A DNA stretch of 64,000 nt. It comes from Octopus sinensis (taxonomy: Eukaryota). The notes under the pieces are model-generated. The model saw only the letters and a list, made by a program, of their open reading frames with translations, ran no database searches and was not told the DNA's origin. A program made the position numbers and the translations under genes. Location: assembly GCF_006345805.1 (NCBI RefSeq), contig NC_043009.1, positions 59,458,001 through 59,522,000 on the forward strand. The letters are read 5' to 3'. Each line of letters opens with the position of its first letter. Position 1 is the first letter of the stretch. Below are positions 14,160 through 27,829 of this stretch, piece by piece.

Positions 14160-14268
14160 CATATATATGTATATACATATGCGTGTGTGTGTGTATATAT
14201 ATATATTTACATACTTATGTATATATGCTATGCAAATAGATATGTGTATATCTGTCTATTTAAATATG

Positions 14269-14347
<79 letters not shown>

Positions 14348-14634
14348 TACACATAGATGCATATATACATACACACGCCTATACACTTACGCAATCACGT
14401 ATTGTTTTAATTATTGCGTTTTTATTATCCTACTGTATTTATTCTATGTTTTTTTTCTTTGTATTTTCACAATAATTGCATGACATATTCAAACCAGTCC
14501 CCCTTGTCTTTACATAACTTGCTTATTCCACGCACACACCTTACCATGTTTGCAAACCCCTCCTATTTTCCTATTTAACGTTTCTTTGTGAAATATTATT
14601 GTAACATTCGATCCCTTCTGGCTAATAAAGAAAC

Positions 14635-14689
14635 ATTATTACTATTATTATTATCATTATTACTATTATTATTATTATTATTATTATTA

Positions 14690-14740
<51 letters not shown>

Positions 14741-14770
14741 TATTATTACTATTATTATTATTATTATTAC

Positions 14771-14806
<36 letters not shown>

Positions 14807-14876
14807 TATTATTATTATTATTACTATTATTATTATTATTATTATTATTATTATCGTTACTATTATTATTATTATC

Positions 14877-14908
<32 letters not shown>

Positions 14909-14977
14909 TATTATTATTATTATTACTATTATTATTATTATTATTATATTATTATCATTACTATTATTATTATTATC

Positions 14978-15024
<47 letters not shown>

Positions 15025-15082
15025 TATTATTATTATTATTACTATTATTATTATTATCATTACTATTATTATTATTATTATC

Positions 15083-15120
<38 letters not shown>

Positions 15121-15208
15121 TATTATTATTATTATTATTTTTATTACTATTATCATTATTATTATTACTATTATTATTATCATCATCATCATCATCATCA
15201 TTACTATC
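14635..15208. repeat. (TTA)n/(TCA)n microsatellite ~570 bp
   Basis: Directly visible. Confidence 0.95.
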
Positions 15209-15716
15209 ACTTTGTTTTTTTGTGATTATGCATATTTCTTTTTTTTACGTAACATTTTATATTCACATCCTTGATTATTTATTTTTTATATTCTTGCCAA
15301 ATGTTTTCGTTAATGTATTCATATCAACAAATCAATATTTGTTCATTGATTCAGCTGTTGAATTATTTACAAGCACGTGAATATCAAAAAATATTGAGTG
15401 TTAAATTTTATTCTCACGTCATTTTTACTTTCAATAATGAATTCCTTTATATTTTCGTAAACCACAGAAAAATGCTCGTCTTGACATCCCACGTTTTATT
15501 CCGTTGTATATTCTTTTCTCGAATCCATACAGACTGGAAAAAAAGAAAGTTCACTAACATCTCATCGTGGACGTGTTGATGTTGACAGTCGTGCAACTGT
15601 AAGTTACGATGAAAGAATGAGCTCTGCTTATATAATAGAGAACTTGTGTGTACATGCGAATGTGAGCATGTATTGGCGTGTATGCACACACACACACACA
15701 CACACACACACCACAC

Positions 15717-15751
<35 letters not shown>

Positions 15752-15852
15752 GTGGTTTTAAGTTTTCTACTTCTCTTTCTAGCACAAGGCTTTTCTTATT
15801 TGGAAGCCTCTTATGGTATTTATCCCCCTTATCATCTCTCTCTCTCTCTATA

Positions 15853-15959
<107 letters not shown>

Positions 15960-16729
15960 ATGTACGTACGTACATATTTATCAATTTCTCAGCATTTTTA
16001 CCTCGCTCTCTCTCTCTCTCTCTCTCTCCCTCCCCCTTATCATCTCTCTCTCTATATATATGTATACATATATATATATATATATATGTTTGTGTGTGTG
16101 TTTGTGTGTGTGTATGTATGTATGTATGTATGTATGTATGTATGTACATATTCGCCATGATAGATCGCTAGCCACTAACACATTTCCATGGTCCTTCAAG
16201 ACCGAAGGGTGGCTTTTCCCTCTTGCAAGTGTTGAATGAAAAGGTTTCTTATTTGTTCAGTGAGATCAGTTCATCGTTGGACGTTGCCAGAGAATCCTGT
16301 CGTGTTGGCAAAGGCTCAAACACCGTTTTGCAAGTTGTTTAGAACCAGAAATCTAATTGCATAATTATGGCTTCAACTTTAAGAATCGTTCCGGATCTCT
16401 CTTACAAAATCTGTCTTACAAAATCAAATACGTAAAAACGCCAAACATATATGACACTGTAGCTAACCGGGACAACCTATTGAGTTCCTTGCACTTCTGT
16501 AATATTTCGTCACGTAACTCGAATGTACGTGTAAGTACTTTACCGCAAGACAACCAATGCACTTGTCCTTGGGCTCTACTCATTAAAAATACGAAATATT
16601 AAACAAATGAGCCTTGATAAAATTGGTTTCACTTTCCCTTCCAGCGTCGTCTTCCATTCTCCTAGTGTGTTTCTTACAGCCAATATTTCTCTATGCAGCA
16701 ATCAACCCTTTAAACATTTGGCATAATAC

Positions 16730-17328
16730 TTCTTCTTCTTGTCTTGAGTCAGCATTCACCCGGGGTGGGTTGAGCTGGCTTCATTCATCTTCAGTGCTGC
16801 ATCTCTCACAAACGCCGACCAGACCTGGCGATTTGAGGCTAACGACTGCGTTATCTCCAACCACTCCATATTCCAGTGGCGAACGCCGTAGACATGGGGG
16901 CCTAGGTTGGGTCCCAGATCAGCCTTGACTGTCATCAGCCAGGTTTTTCGTTGTCCACCACATCGCTTTCGCCAACCCTGAAGGGGAGCTGGGGCAATTG
17001 CTTCGTAGATGAATTCTCCTGGTTGACGACGGAGGGCATGACCCAGCCAACGCAGACGTCTCGTTAGGATGACTTGTCGGAGGGAGGTGATTTTGCATTG
17101 GTGTCGCACCGAATTGTTGGAGACAAAGTGATGCCATCGGACACGAAGGATGCGGCGTAGACAGAGGTGATCGAAGGACTCTAGTCGCTTAGTATCTTCC
17201 ACTCTCATCGGCCATGACTCGCTGCCGTAGAGGAGAATCGTTCACGCTAGTGCTTGGTAGATCCGTACTTTGGTGGTGCGTCGGATCTCAGATCTTGACC
17301 AGAGTCGTGCACTGAGTCGGTTGAAGGC
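16730..17328 (-). mobile_element. RTE-clade LINE, 5'-truncated 3' end with 12-bp TSD
   Basis: ORF LLYGSESWP..CLRRILRVRW..RRLRWLGHALR..GGQRKTW, a (GAA)n tail, and TSD ttggcataatac at 16718-16729 and 17329-17340. Confidence 0.9.
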
Positions 17329-18193
17329 TTGGCATAATACCCTGAATGTTTGCCTCGAGTCTTCTTCATTTTCCTGGTATTGCAGGAGCTCTACCAATAC
17401 AGATTCCTATGTATTTTGATCACTCAGTTTATGTGTTAGCAATGATTGGCAAAACAGAAAATCTCCACTAATCGTACCAATAAATTTATATTGTATGAAT
17501 ACAAGCAAATCAGCTCAGTTAGAAATATCCGTGCGTTTATTTAATTGTAAGGAATAATATTCACATTTAAGCAGTCTTTTCACTCACTGATTTTTAACAA
17601 TATCAGACATATCTTCTATTCACCGCTGCACAGAATTGTTTGGTAATGGAATCATATCATGCCATAATTCCTTGTTAGTTTGTCTCTGTGTATTCTAGAG
17701 ACAATTGCTTCAGCAACAAGCGAAATTAGTTCTACTGTTCTGTATGGTTTTTAACTCTATGCTATTAAAAGAAACACATCATACGATGCTAAAACTGTAT
17801 TTTTTTTATTTCACACTCAGTTGTGTTTTTTTTTTCTATTGAATTTTGTGGTGAAAGCAGTTTTTTCCGTCTTCGTTGAAAATATTCAAATTGATATACG
17901 CACTTGAAACAGACTAAGATTAAATACCTGAGTGTATATACGTAATTTGTATAGAAACTTGGTACGACACTAGCTGTCACATTTTTGTTTGTTTTGTTTT
18001 GTTTTTTGGGTTTTTTTTCAGAAAAAAAAAATTCAAAAAGACGTATGAGCCAAAAATGCAGGACATTGCTCAGAAAAACCGGTAGAACACCAAAAGCGGT
18101 GTTTTGACGTGATTTTGGTTTCTCAGTTGTGTTTTGGTTTCTTGGATGTTCCAGAAAATGCTTCTTCGGACATAGAAATCAGTGGATAATACG

Positions 18194-18615
18194 AAGGCGG
18201 TGAGCTGGCAGAAACGTTAGCACGCCGCGCGAAATGCTTAGTGGTATTTCGTCTGCCGTTACGTTCTGAGTTCAAATTCCGCCGAGGTCGACATTGCTTT
18301 TCTTCCTTTCGGGGTCGATAAATTAAGTACCAGTTACGCACTGGAGTCGATGTAATCGACTTAATCCATTTCTCTGTTCTTGTTTGTCCTCTCTGTGTTT
18401 AGCCCCTTGTGGGTAGTAAAGAAATGGGTATTTCGTCTGCTGTTACGTTCTGAGTTCAAATTCCACCGAGGTCGACTTTGCCTTTCATCATTTCGGGGTT
18501 CGATAAATCAAGTACCTGTCACATACTGGAGTAGATGTAATCGACTTTATCCCTTTGTCTGTCCTTGTTTGTCCCCCTATGTTTATCCCCTTGTGGGCAA
18601 TAAAGAAAGGAGAAA
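18194..18615 (+). mobile_element. SINE family B dimer
   Basis: Head aaggcggtgagctggcagaaacgttagc followed by two tandem bodies joined at gaaatgg|gtatttcgtctg. Confidence 0.85.
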
Positions 18616-19411
18616 TCAGTAAATGAAACAGTTACTGAACTACGCAGAGGATAAACAAGCTAGAATTAAATTAACTTACTCGCCTGAAACAAGCTTAAAC
18701 ACCGATATGCATACGCATATTTTGTAACTGCGATGTTTTGCCTCGGAGAAACCTCTCAAAGAGATTTGGCGAAGTTTGGTTGGCTTCATGCTTTCATTGA
18801 ACAAAGATCTATACCTGAACTGCCTTTGGCTCCTCTTCGCCTCCGCGATAGCTGCATTTATATGGAAAGGATTTGCAATCCCCCACGATGTTTACGAGTT
18901 TTACATTTTGAAACGTGAGCTTGGTTTTTATTTTTCCATTGAAACATGTTCCCTCATCAACTGTGCTTTCACGATGATTTTTTAAAGAAATGCTTCCAGT
19001 TTTCTTCTTAAACTTGCGATCCATTATTACCAAGGGATTATACGATGGCATATATAAAAACGATTTTTCAATGATGTAATGAATGCATGTTAGGTAAAGA
19101 GAATAATTCATAAAGATACATGTATCATATAGAATTTATCCATATATGTCGTGTTCAAATATAATCCTTTAAATAAATGCCAGTCAAAATACTGAGCCGC
19201 GTTCACACATCTATTATATTAATTGTTAGTAGTCAAATTCTTGTTGAGCATGCGCATGAGGAAATGTGATATACGTCATCATCAGTCCGAGGACATTACA
19301 ATTCGAGTGTTAAGACTCATAGGCTTGGAGCTTAACTCAATTTTCTTAGGGTTTAAGTGGTGGAGGTCACAATTTTACGCTTGAACAGGAATCAACTCGT
19401 CGCAACTGAGT

Positions 19412-19842
19412 CTTCTTCTTGTCTTGAGACAGCATTCACCCGGGGTGGGTTGAGCTGGCTTCATTCATCCTCAATGCTGCATCACTCACAAATGCCGACC
19501 AGACCTGGCGATTTGAGGCTAACGACCGCGTGATCTCAAACCACTCCTTATTCCAGCGACGAACGCCATAGATATGGGGCCTAGGTTGGGTTCAAGATCA
19601 GCCTTGACTGTCATCAGCCAGGTTTTTCGTTGTCCACCACACCGCTTTCGCCAACCCTGAAGGGGAGCTGGGGCAATTGCTTCGTAGATGAATTCTCCTG
19701 GTTGACGACGGAGGGCATGACCCAGCCAACGCAGACGTTTCGTTAGGATGACTTGTCGGAGGGAGGTGATTTTGCACTGGTGTCGCACCGAATTGTTGGA
19801 CACGAAGGATGCGGCGTAGAAAGAGGTGATCGAAGGATTCTA
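19412..19842 (-). mobile_element. RTE-clade LINE 3' end, second copy, with 13-bp TSD
   Basis: Highly similar to the 16730 copy; TSD gtcgcaactgagt at 19399-19411 and 19843-19855. Confidence 0.9.
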
Positions 19843-19855
19843 GTCGCAACTGAGT

Positions 19856-19980
19856 AGACTGGTGTGACGTGGAGTGAAGTGTTTTGCTCAACAACCCAAC
19901 GTGCCGCCCATTCAGAGAGAAGAACTCGTGATCATGTGGTCGGGAATGCAACACGTTAACCACTAGGTCACGTGCCTTCA
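19856..19980 (-). mobile_element. tRNA-derived SINE head (family C-like); its body is interrupted by the RTE copy
   Basis: Minus strand gaaggcacgtgacctagtggttaacgtgttgcattcccgacc...ttgagcaaaacacttcac. Confidence 0.55.
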
Positions 19981-20204
19981 CTTGTCAGTATTCAAGGCAA
20001 CATTTGCGAAACCTGTTAGTAGAGTTTCGTGGTTTAGTGGTTAGGGGTGCTAGATTCATGATCATGAGATTGTGTTTTCGATTCTTGGACCGGCAACCCG
20101 TTGTGATCTTGATCAAAGCACTTCATTTCACGTTGCTCTAATCCCCCCAACTGGCAAAAAAGAATTATTCTGCGACGGACCGGCCTCCCGTGCAGGTAGG
20201 GAAT

Positions 20205-20508
20205 ATTGTTTGTTCCTTCTCGAGCCACGCCTGGCTCATAAGGGCCGGTTTCTTGGTTTCCTTGACGTATAGGTTCCTCACCTGGACGGGACGCCGGTCT
20301 GTCGCAGGTGAGCTACAAGATGCAGGAAGAAGAAAGAGTGAGAGAAAATTGTGGCGAAAGAGTCAGAAGTTTGTCATTATCTTCTGCCGGAGCCGCGCTG
20401 AGTTTAGGTGTTTCGCTCATAAACGCACACATCACCCGGTCAGAGATTCGAACCGGCGATCCCTCGACTGAGGTCCGCTGCTCTAACCACTAGGCCATGT
20501 GCCTCCAC
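20205..20508 (-). mobile_element. tRNA-derived SINE, family C variant
   Basis: Minus strand ggaggcacatggcctagtggttagagcagcgga...ggttcgaatc; shares gagcgaaacacctaa...gctccggcag with the 21451 copy. Confidence 0.75.
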
Positions 20509-20756
20509 GGTAGGTAGTATAAAGGCCATGAAATCGTGGGACCCTTATGTGTTGATATGACTTCAGAAGATAAATTTAACATTATTTTTGCTTGTTTTCG
20601 AAATCTGTTAGGTCATTAAAATCTTCATCTAAACGACTGAACATTAAAATTCAATATTTCAAACATTCATTATACATCCAGGACATTTATAGCATATTTG
20701 CAAATTTTAACATCAGAATTACAGTATGCAGTCCTGCAAAGAGACGAAATAAGATA

Positions 20757-21261
20757 ACGTAAATCTTCGAGTATAGTCCGCAAGGGATTTTTAGGGGGCT
20801 GTACTTATGAAAAACCTAAACCTTGTGTATAATACGCACCCATTCTCTAACTTGAGTCGTACGTAATTAAGCCAGCAGCACCTAGTCGAATAAATACTTC
20901 CGTGCATGCGTAATACAATAATAGTGATGTTCTTAATTGTTATATTGGAATGTAAATATGTTTGCAAATTGTTTTTGTTACATGTTATTCTGTGTTCTGA
21001 ATACTTTTATTTTAATAAATGTTGCTTATTGCAAGTAAATGGATGATTCTTTTATGACTTCATTGCTTTCAGGTTAGCTTAAGGTATTTTCGCGCCCAAC
21101 ATCACAAAATGCGTCTGAATTAACATTGCCGGACAGCAAATAGAGACTCGGACATTGCTTAGAAAATAATTTTCATTTTTAACCTCGTATATAGTACGCA
21201 CTAGGGTTTTTGACCTTTAAATTATGGGGGAAAAGTGCGGATTATACTCGAGGATTTACGG
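20757..21261. mobile_element. Tc1/pogo-type MITE with TA TSD
   Basis: TIRs acgtaaatcttcgagtatagtccgca / tgcggattatactcgaggatttacgg with TA on both flanks. Confidence 0.8.
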
Positions 21262-21450
21262 TACTTGTAACCCAATTTTGCAGCCTTTTGTTCATAGAGG
21301 CAGAGCAAATTTGAATTGAGATATCGAAATTACATGTGCAACAGGCGATGTGGCAATGATATTGTATAGGTATCTTTCCTTTACTGGTGTGATTAATGCG
21401 TTTAATGTCCAGTCCCGTCACCTGGTCTCCAAGGCACTATCTCTAGGAAG

Positions 21451-21839
21451 GAGGCGCAATGGCCCAGTGGTTAGGGCAGCGGACTCGCGGTCGTAGGATC
21501 GCGGTTTCGATTCCCAGACCGGGCGTTGTGAGTGTTTATTGAGCGAAAACACCTAAAGCTCCACGAGGCTCCGGCAGGGGATGGTGGTGATCCCTGCTGT
21601 ACCCTTTCACCACAACTTTCTCTCACTCTTACTTCCTGATTCTGTTGTACCTGTATTTCAAAGGGCCGGCCTTGTCACTCTCTGTGTCACGCTGAATATC
21701 CCCGAGAACTACACTAAGGGTACACGTGTCTGTGGAGTGCTCAGCCACTTGCACGTTAATTTCACGAGCAGGCTGTTCCGTTGATTTCGGATCAACCGGA
21801 ACCTTCGTCGTCGTAACCGACGGAGTGCTTCCATCCACC
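21451..21839 (+). mobile_element. Full-length tRNA-derived SINE (family C) with 12-bp TSD
   Basis: A-box tggcccagtgg, B-box gtttcgattcc, and TSD atctctaggaag at 21439-21450 and 21840-21851. Confidence 0.9.
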
Positions 21840-22225
21840 ATCTCTAGGAAGATTTAGGTCAACATTTGTAGGTTAAATTAAAAGTAAAAATGAGAAGTGA
21901 GGGAATAGAATGCTCTGGTTTGAATAAATGCAAAAGTGTGGATTCCGAGAAAGACAGCAGAGGCCCGCGTTGTCATTGATGTGTCGGTGTTAAAATGGCT
22001 GGCGAGTTGAGGAGTGCTTGTATAGAAGTTCCCGTGTAGCACTAGTTTGATTTGGCGCACCTGGGGGAAACGGCATTGTCGGAATATAAAGAAAGTATTT
22101 GTGATCACCGCGCGAGGGCGCTGAAGGTAAATAAACGGCAATTGTGTGATGTGGTGATACAGATATATATGTATATATGTATATATTATATATATATAAA
22201 TGTATATGTATATGTATATATATAT

Positions 22226-22269
<44 letters not shown>

Positions 22270-22289
22270 TCATCATCATCATCATCTAC

Positions 22290-22358
<69 letters not shown>

Positions 22359-23269
22359 CATACATATATATATATATAGAGAGAGAGAGAGAGGATGGGG
22401 GGGAGAGTGGGAGAGGAGAGGGGGGAGGGAGGGAGGGAGGGAGAGACAGACAGACAGAGACAGAGAGAGAGGAGGAGTGTATCTATGTATGCATGTGTGT
22501 GAGTGCGTGTGTATGCATATATGTATTCCTAAATGTGTATGTATATATATGTATTTATATATGTAAGTATATGCATGTATGAATATATGTATTTACAAAT
22601 GTATGCATGTGTATACATGCATGTATTTATATATGTGTAGGTATATATATATACGTGTGTGTGTGCGGGCATGTATGTATTTATATATATGTATGTACGT
22701 ACATATATGTGTGCGTGTATGTGCATGTATGTATGTATATATGTGTGTACGTGTATGCATGTATGTATATATGTATGTATTTGTATAGCGTGTCATCATC
22801 AGTGTCATTATGGCTATCATGTTGATTCTGTTATATACACAAGCGTGCATGTTTGTGTGGGTGTATATAGGTGTGTATATGTTAGTATATAAGTGTGTGT
22901 GTGTATGTGTATATGTGTACATAAATATATGCGTGTGCGCACATGTTTATATATAGATTAGCATATCTTCATGCATTAGTATGTATGCATGTGTGAATAT
23001 ATATAAATATATATGTGCGTGTGTGTGCTCGTGTGTTTGTGTGTTTGTGTGTGTGTGCATGTGTGTGTGTGTGTGTGTATGTGTGTGTGAGCGTGTGTGT
23101 GTGTGTGTGTGTGTGTGCGTGCTGTTCGTGTCAAACGAGTGTGGTCGACGTAGTCAACTTATGCACCGCCCTTTGTTACACATACCTTTGCTGACCGGAT
23201 ATAGGAAACTGGAAACCGGCTTTGATATGGGGAACAAAAAGTCAGCCATTCATTGATTCAAACACTTCT

Positions 23270-24145
23270 ACCGCCATCACCACCATGAAACATCACCATC
23301 ACCACCACTAACAACAACAACAACAGCAACAGCAACAACACCGCTAACCGACATATCCTTCGCCTTCACCTTCCGATGACTTCATCCCGAATTTGTAACT
23401 ACTACTACCACTACCATCACTGCTACCACCAGCCAACACCACCAACACTACCACCACCATCACTACCATCCTTAACCGAGATACTCACCGCTGACATCCT
23501 CACGACTTTCATTTGCAACAACCACTACCACCAACACCACTACACCCAACACCACTTGCAGCACCTCCATCACTAACTCCAACACGACTACCTCTTCTGC
23601 AACTACCACCTACACCACTACTGCTACCACAAACACGACTGCCACCAACACTACTACCTCCAACACCACTATCACTACACCAACACCACTGCTACCTCCA
23701 CCACTTTTTTCTGCCTTTATCGCTATCACTACCACAACGCCACTGTCACCTACACCACTACCACCAAGAGCAATACCACCTCCACCACTACCACCTACAC
23801 CACTTCTACCTACACCATTGCCACCAGCACCACTTCCATCTACACCACTATCACCAAGACCACTACCGCCAACACCACTACCACCAAACACAGCACCACC
23901 TCCACCACTACCACCTCCACCACAACCACCTCTACCACTACCACCAACACCGCTACCACCAACACCGCTGCCACCTCCACCACTACCACCAACGCCACTC
24001 TCACCAATACCACTACTACCCCTACACCACTACCACCTACACCACTACCACCAACACGACTACCACCTACACCACAACTACCTACACCAAACCACCTCCA
24101 CCACTACCACCTCCACCAAACCACCAACACCACTACCACTAACAA
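23270..24145. repeat. Degenerate (CAC/CAA/CTA)n trinucleotide tract
   Basis: Directly visible; produces poly-P/H/T pseudo-ORFs. Confidence 0.9.
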
Positions 24146-24889
24146 TAATAACAGTAACCCTTCCTACTCTAAGCACAAGGCCTGAAATTTAATAGGAGGG
24201 AACTTATCGACCCCAGTACATAACAGGTATCGACTCTGAAAGAATGAAACACAAAGTCAATTTCGATGACGAATAATAAGGAAGGAAAACTAGACGCAAA
24301 TTACAAGGATGGATGGATGTGTGGTAAGAAGTTAAGGGAGGAACAATGGAGAACTTCATCAAGAAGTTTAAAAGGAAGGTCCGAAGGGAGGGGATCCTGT
24401 CCTTGCACGGAGGACCCAGACTGGCCTTTGCAAGTGACTGCAGAGGTCATATGAGAAACGGATCTGTGCAGGATAATGAACTCCTTCTCGGAGGACACTT
24501 TTGATTTTGCATTGAAGCGGCCCGACTTGACACCGTCCAGGTGTTTGACCAAGGCGAGAGGTCTAGTCGGGCTGGAAGATTTGTAATCAATCAAAGTAAG
24601 AGGCTTGGTGCCTCATTTGTATTGTATTATTGATTTTTTGACTTGTGTAAGAGGTTCACTGCTTGGCTTTCTTGTAAGAGGTTTATTGCCTCCTTTATGT
24701 TTTGTTATGTAAGAGGTTAGTGGCCTCAATATGTATTTATAAAGAACAATGTGCTCGGGTAAACAGCAATTGGTGGGTGCTGCTGTTGCCCTCATTATTA
24801 TCATATCGTCAATCATTTCATCTCATTATGTCCTTGTCCAGCCCGCAGCTTCCTTTCTTTGTGAGGCCCTTGTGGCCAATTGAATGAAT

Positions 24890-25546
24890 AAAAGAAGTTC
24901 GCTTCGTAACCACATGGTTCCAAGTTCAGTCCCACTGCGTGACACCTTTAACAATCGGCAAGCGTTTTACAATATAGCCTAGAACCGACCAAATTCTTCT
25001 GGGTAGATTTCGTAGACGTAACCTGAAAGACACTCATCGTACGAGGGGCTACTAAAAAGTTCTTGGCTTTGGGTTAAAGAAAATACAGAATAATCAATTA
25101 ATTATGATTTTATCGAACGTATTCTCCTCAAATTTACGCACTTATTGCAGCGGTCCTTCAGTATTTAAGCCCTGAAAAAGAGCTCAGAATGTAGGGCCTT
25201 TCGCGATACCCTTAGAGCCAGGAACTTTTCTCCACCTCCTCCTATATGTATACATGTGTGTGTGTGAGTGAGTGTGTGTGTGTGTGTGTGCGCGCGCGCG
25301 CATGATCATGTGCGCGCGCGCGCATGATCGTGTGCGTGCGTGGCTTTGTGTGTGTAGTTGTCGACCACAACTGCCTGACCACGGGTGTTAGTTTGTTTAT
25401 GTCTCCATAATAAGCGGTTCAGCAAAAAATAGGACCGAAAGTATAAAGTACCAGAATTCAAAAAAATGAAAAGAAATAAATATAGAAATAAAATTACTGG
25501 GGGGTCGATTCGTTCAGCTAAAACTTTTTCAAGGCGGTGCCCCAGC
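24890..25546 (+). mobile_element. SINE family A interrupted by a mariner MITE
   Basis: Head at 24890-25035 and tail at 25370-25546. Confidence 0.65.
25042..25242. mobile_element. Mariner-type MITE
   Basis: Imperfect TIRs TAcgaggggctactaaaaagttcttggcttt / agagccaggaactttt..cctcctccTA. Confidence 0.6.
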
Positions 25547-25995
25547 ACTACTACTACTACTACTACTACTATACCTTCTATTACTACCACCATCACCAAC
25601 GCCACTACTACTACTACTGCTGCTGCTACCATCATTACTACTAATACAACTATTACTATCAACGCTACTAATACTACCACTACTAACACTACTATTACTA
25701 CTACTACTACCACCACCACTACTACGTTACCAACACTACTATTACTTCTACCACTACTGCTGCTACAAATACCACCATCACCACTTTTACTACTACCACC
25801 ACCACTAGTACCACCACTACTACTACTACACCTTCTATTACTACCACCACCACCACTACTGTTACTACTACTACGGCTACCAATACTACTACTATACCTT
25901 CTATTACGACCACCATCACCATCACTACTACTATTACTACTACCACCAACAACAACACCACCATTACTACTACCACTACAAGAATAATAACAACC
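25547..25995. repeat. (CTA/CCA)n tract
   Basis: Directly visible. Confidence 0.9.
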
Positions 25996-26759
25996 ACTCT
26001 GAACGTTCGCCTCTACCCCCCCCCTTACGTCTATAGCTGCAGCAAGGTCTTCAGTGACTAAAGTCAAACTAAATTACGTCAGTCATCAAATTCGTGGACA
26101 ATAGATTTCCTATTTTGTTGTCCGACAGCTTCCTTTGAAAACCTTACGAAGATGAAAGGACCCAGCCCCAAACTTCAGACACGATTCTATGAAACGGCAC
26201 ACCTGAAATAAACACTACGCATTGCTCTCCTCTGCCCTTCCCTACACCGTCTTCCTTCCCCTTCTTCGTTTACAAACTAAAACCGCATTCTTTAATGCAT
26301 TGTCATACGTTAGTGCGTATCATAGACGCAGGATTGGTTTTAATTCAGTTGAGAGCAAACCCAATTTAGCTCAGTGGGTTGAAATTTCTTTAATAATCCT
26401 GTTATTGGACTATCACTTAACATACATACAGTTTCTCTTTTTTTTAGTTTTCGGTGAATATTTAACATGGTATAATTACAGGAGAGATTTTGTTTCAATA
26501 ATCATCGCGTGTTGCCTAAAAACCCGTGGCATATCATATAGCCACACCTCGTAGCTTCGCCATCGTGAATTTAATAAGCGGCAAAAACATTAATTTGAGA
26601 CGAAAAAGAGAAATACGATTAATAGGATACAAACCTCATATCTACCGCGTCCATGTTATCTATTTTGGGGAATCTTGTTAAATTTCTTTCAACTACTTTA
26701 AATCTTTCAAATTTTCACCGTATTACAAAACATGTAGTTCTGATGTGGCCAGACTGTAT

Positions 26760-27543
26760 TACCTAGTTCTTTACTGCTCACAAGGAGCTAAACGCAGAGA
26801 GGACAAACAAGGACAGACAAACGGATTAAGTCGATTATATCGACCCCAGTGCGTAACTGGTACTTATTTAATCGACCCCGAAAGGATGAAAGGCAAAGTC
26901 GACCTTGGAGGAATTTGAACTCAGAACGTAGCGGCAGACGAAATACCTATTTCTTTACTACCATAAGGGGCTAAACACAGAAGAGGACAAACAAGGACAA
27001 ACAACGGATTAGTCGATTACATCGGACCCTACTGCGCAAAAATGTACTTAGTTTATCGACCCCCAAAAGGATGAAAGGCAAAGTCGACCTCGGCGGAATT
27101 TGAACTCAGAACGTAGCGGCAGACTATATTACCTATTTCTTTACTACCCACAAGGGGCTAAACGCAGAGAGGACAAACAGGGACAGACAAACGGATTAAG
27201 TCGATTATATCGACCCCAGTGCGTAACTGGTCCTTAATTTATCAACCCCCGAAAAGAAGAAAGGCAAAGTCGGCCTCGGCGGAATTTGAATCAGAACGTA
27301 GCAGCAGACTATTACCTATTTCTTTATTACCACAAGGAGCTAAACACAGAGAGGACAACAAGGACAGAACAACGGATTAAGTCGATTATATCGACCCCAG
27401 TGCGTAACTGGTACTTATTAATCGACCCCGAAAGGATGACGGCAAAGTCGACCTCGGCGGAATTTGAACTCAGACGTAGCGGTAGACGAAATACCGCTAA
27501 GCATTTCGCCCGCATTGCTAACGTTTCTGCCAACTCGCCGCCT
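26760..27543 (-). mobile_element. SINE family B tetramer (one head plus four ~185-bp tandem bodies)
   Basis: Units restart at about 26761, 26945, 27131 and 27314; head at 27500-27543. Confidence 0.85.
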
Positions 27544-27829
27544 TATTACCTCTGCACGTTGATGGTTGGACTTCTAGAAGTGAGATTCGAACTCAAAACT
27601 TGAAGAGCCGGAAGAGATGCTACAATGTATTTCTCCAATTCTGTTCAAATCCCTGGACTTTATCTATCAACCACGAAAGAACGAAAAGCAAATTTGGCTT
27701 TGGTTAGATTTGAACTCAGACGTCATATTATGGTACAAACACCGCAAGGCATTTACCCTACAACCTAGCGATGTTTGTCAGTTCACTATCCAAAGCTACT
27801 TCATTGGGCATTAAATACGATAATCTTTA

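Larger units (their letters stand above)
16190..19030 (-). pseudogene. hAT (Buster/Charlie-type) transposase pseudogene fragmented by later insertions
   Basis: Collinear minus-strand motifs: SLFNESMKPTKLRQ (~18770-18810, BED finger), KPYRTVELI, IPLPNNSVQR*IEDMS..YSLQLN..TDISN.ADLLVFI (~17490-17660), LHREILA (~16690) and WLSCGKVLTRTFELRDEI (~16500-16560). Many stops and frameshifts. Confidence 0.8.

Noticed and set aside
14588-15274. 228-aa ORF and the many similar YI/CV/HT/LSIY/poly-D/H/V ORFs
   Set aside because: These are translations of microsatellites and show no coding signal.
15420-15555. Strong minus-strand splice acceptor (tttcttttttttccag) as a host coding exon
   Set aside because: All frames close quickly, there is no recognisable protein, and no clear donor follows.
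19265-19290. CTGATGA on the minus strand as a hammerhead
   Set aside because: No correctly placed GAAA and no stems.
26145-26215. cgaaga...gaaac hammerhead-like words
   Set aside because: The core is incomplete and no stems could be drawn.
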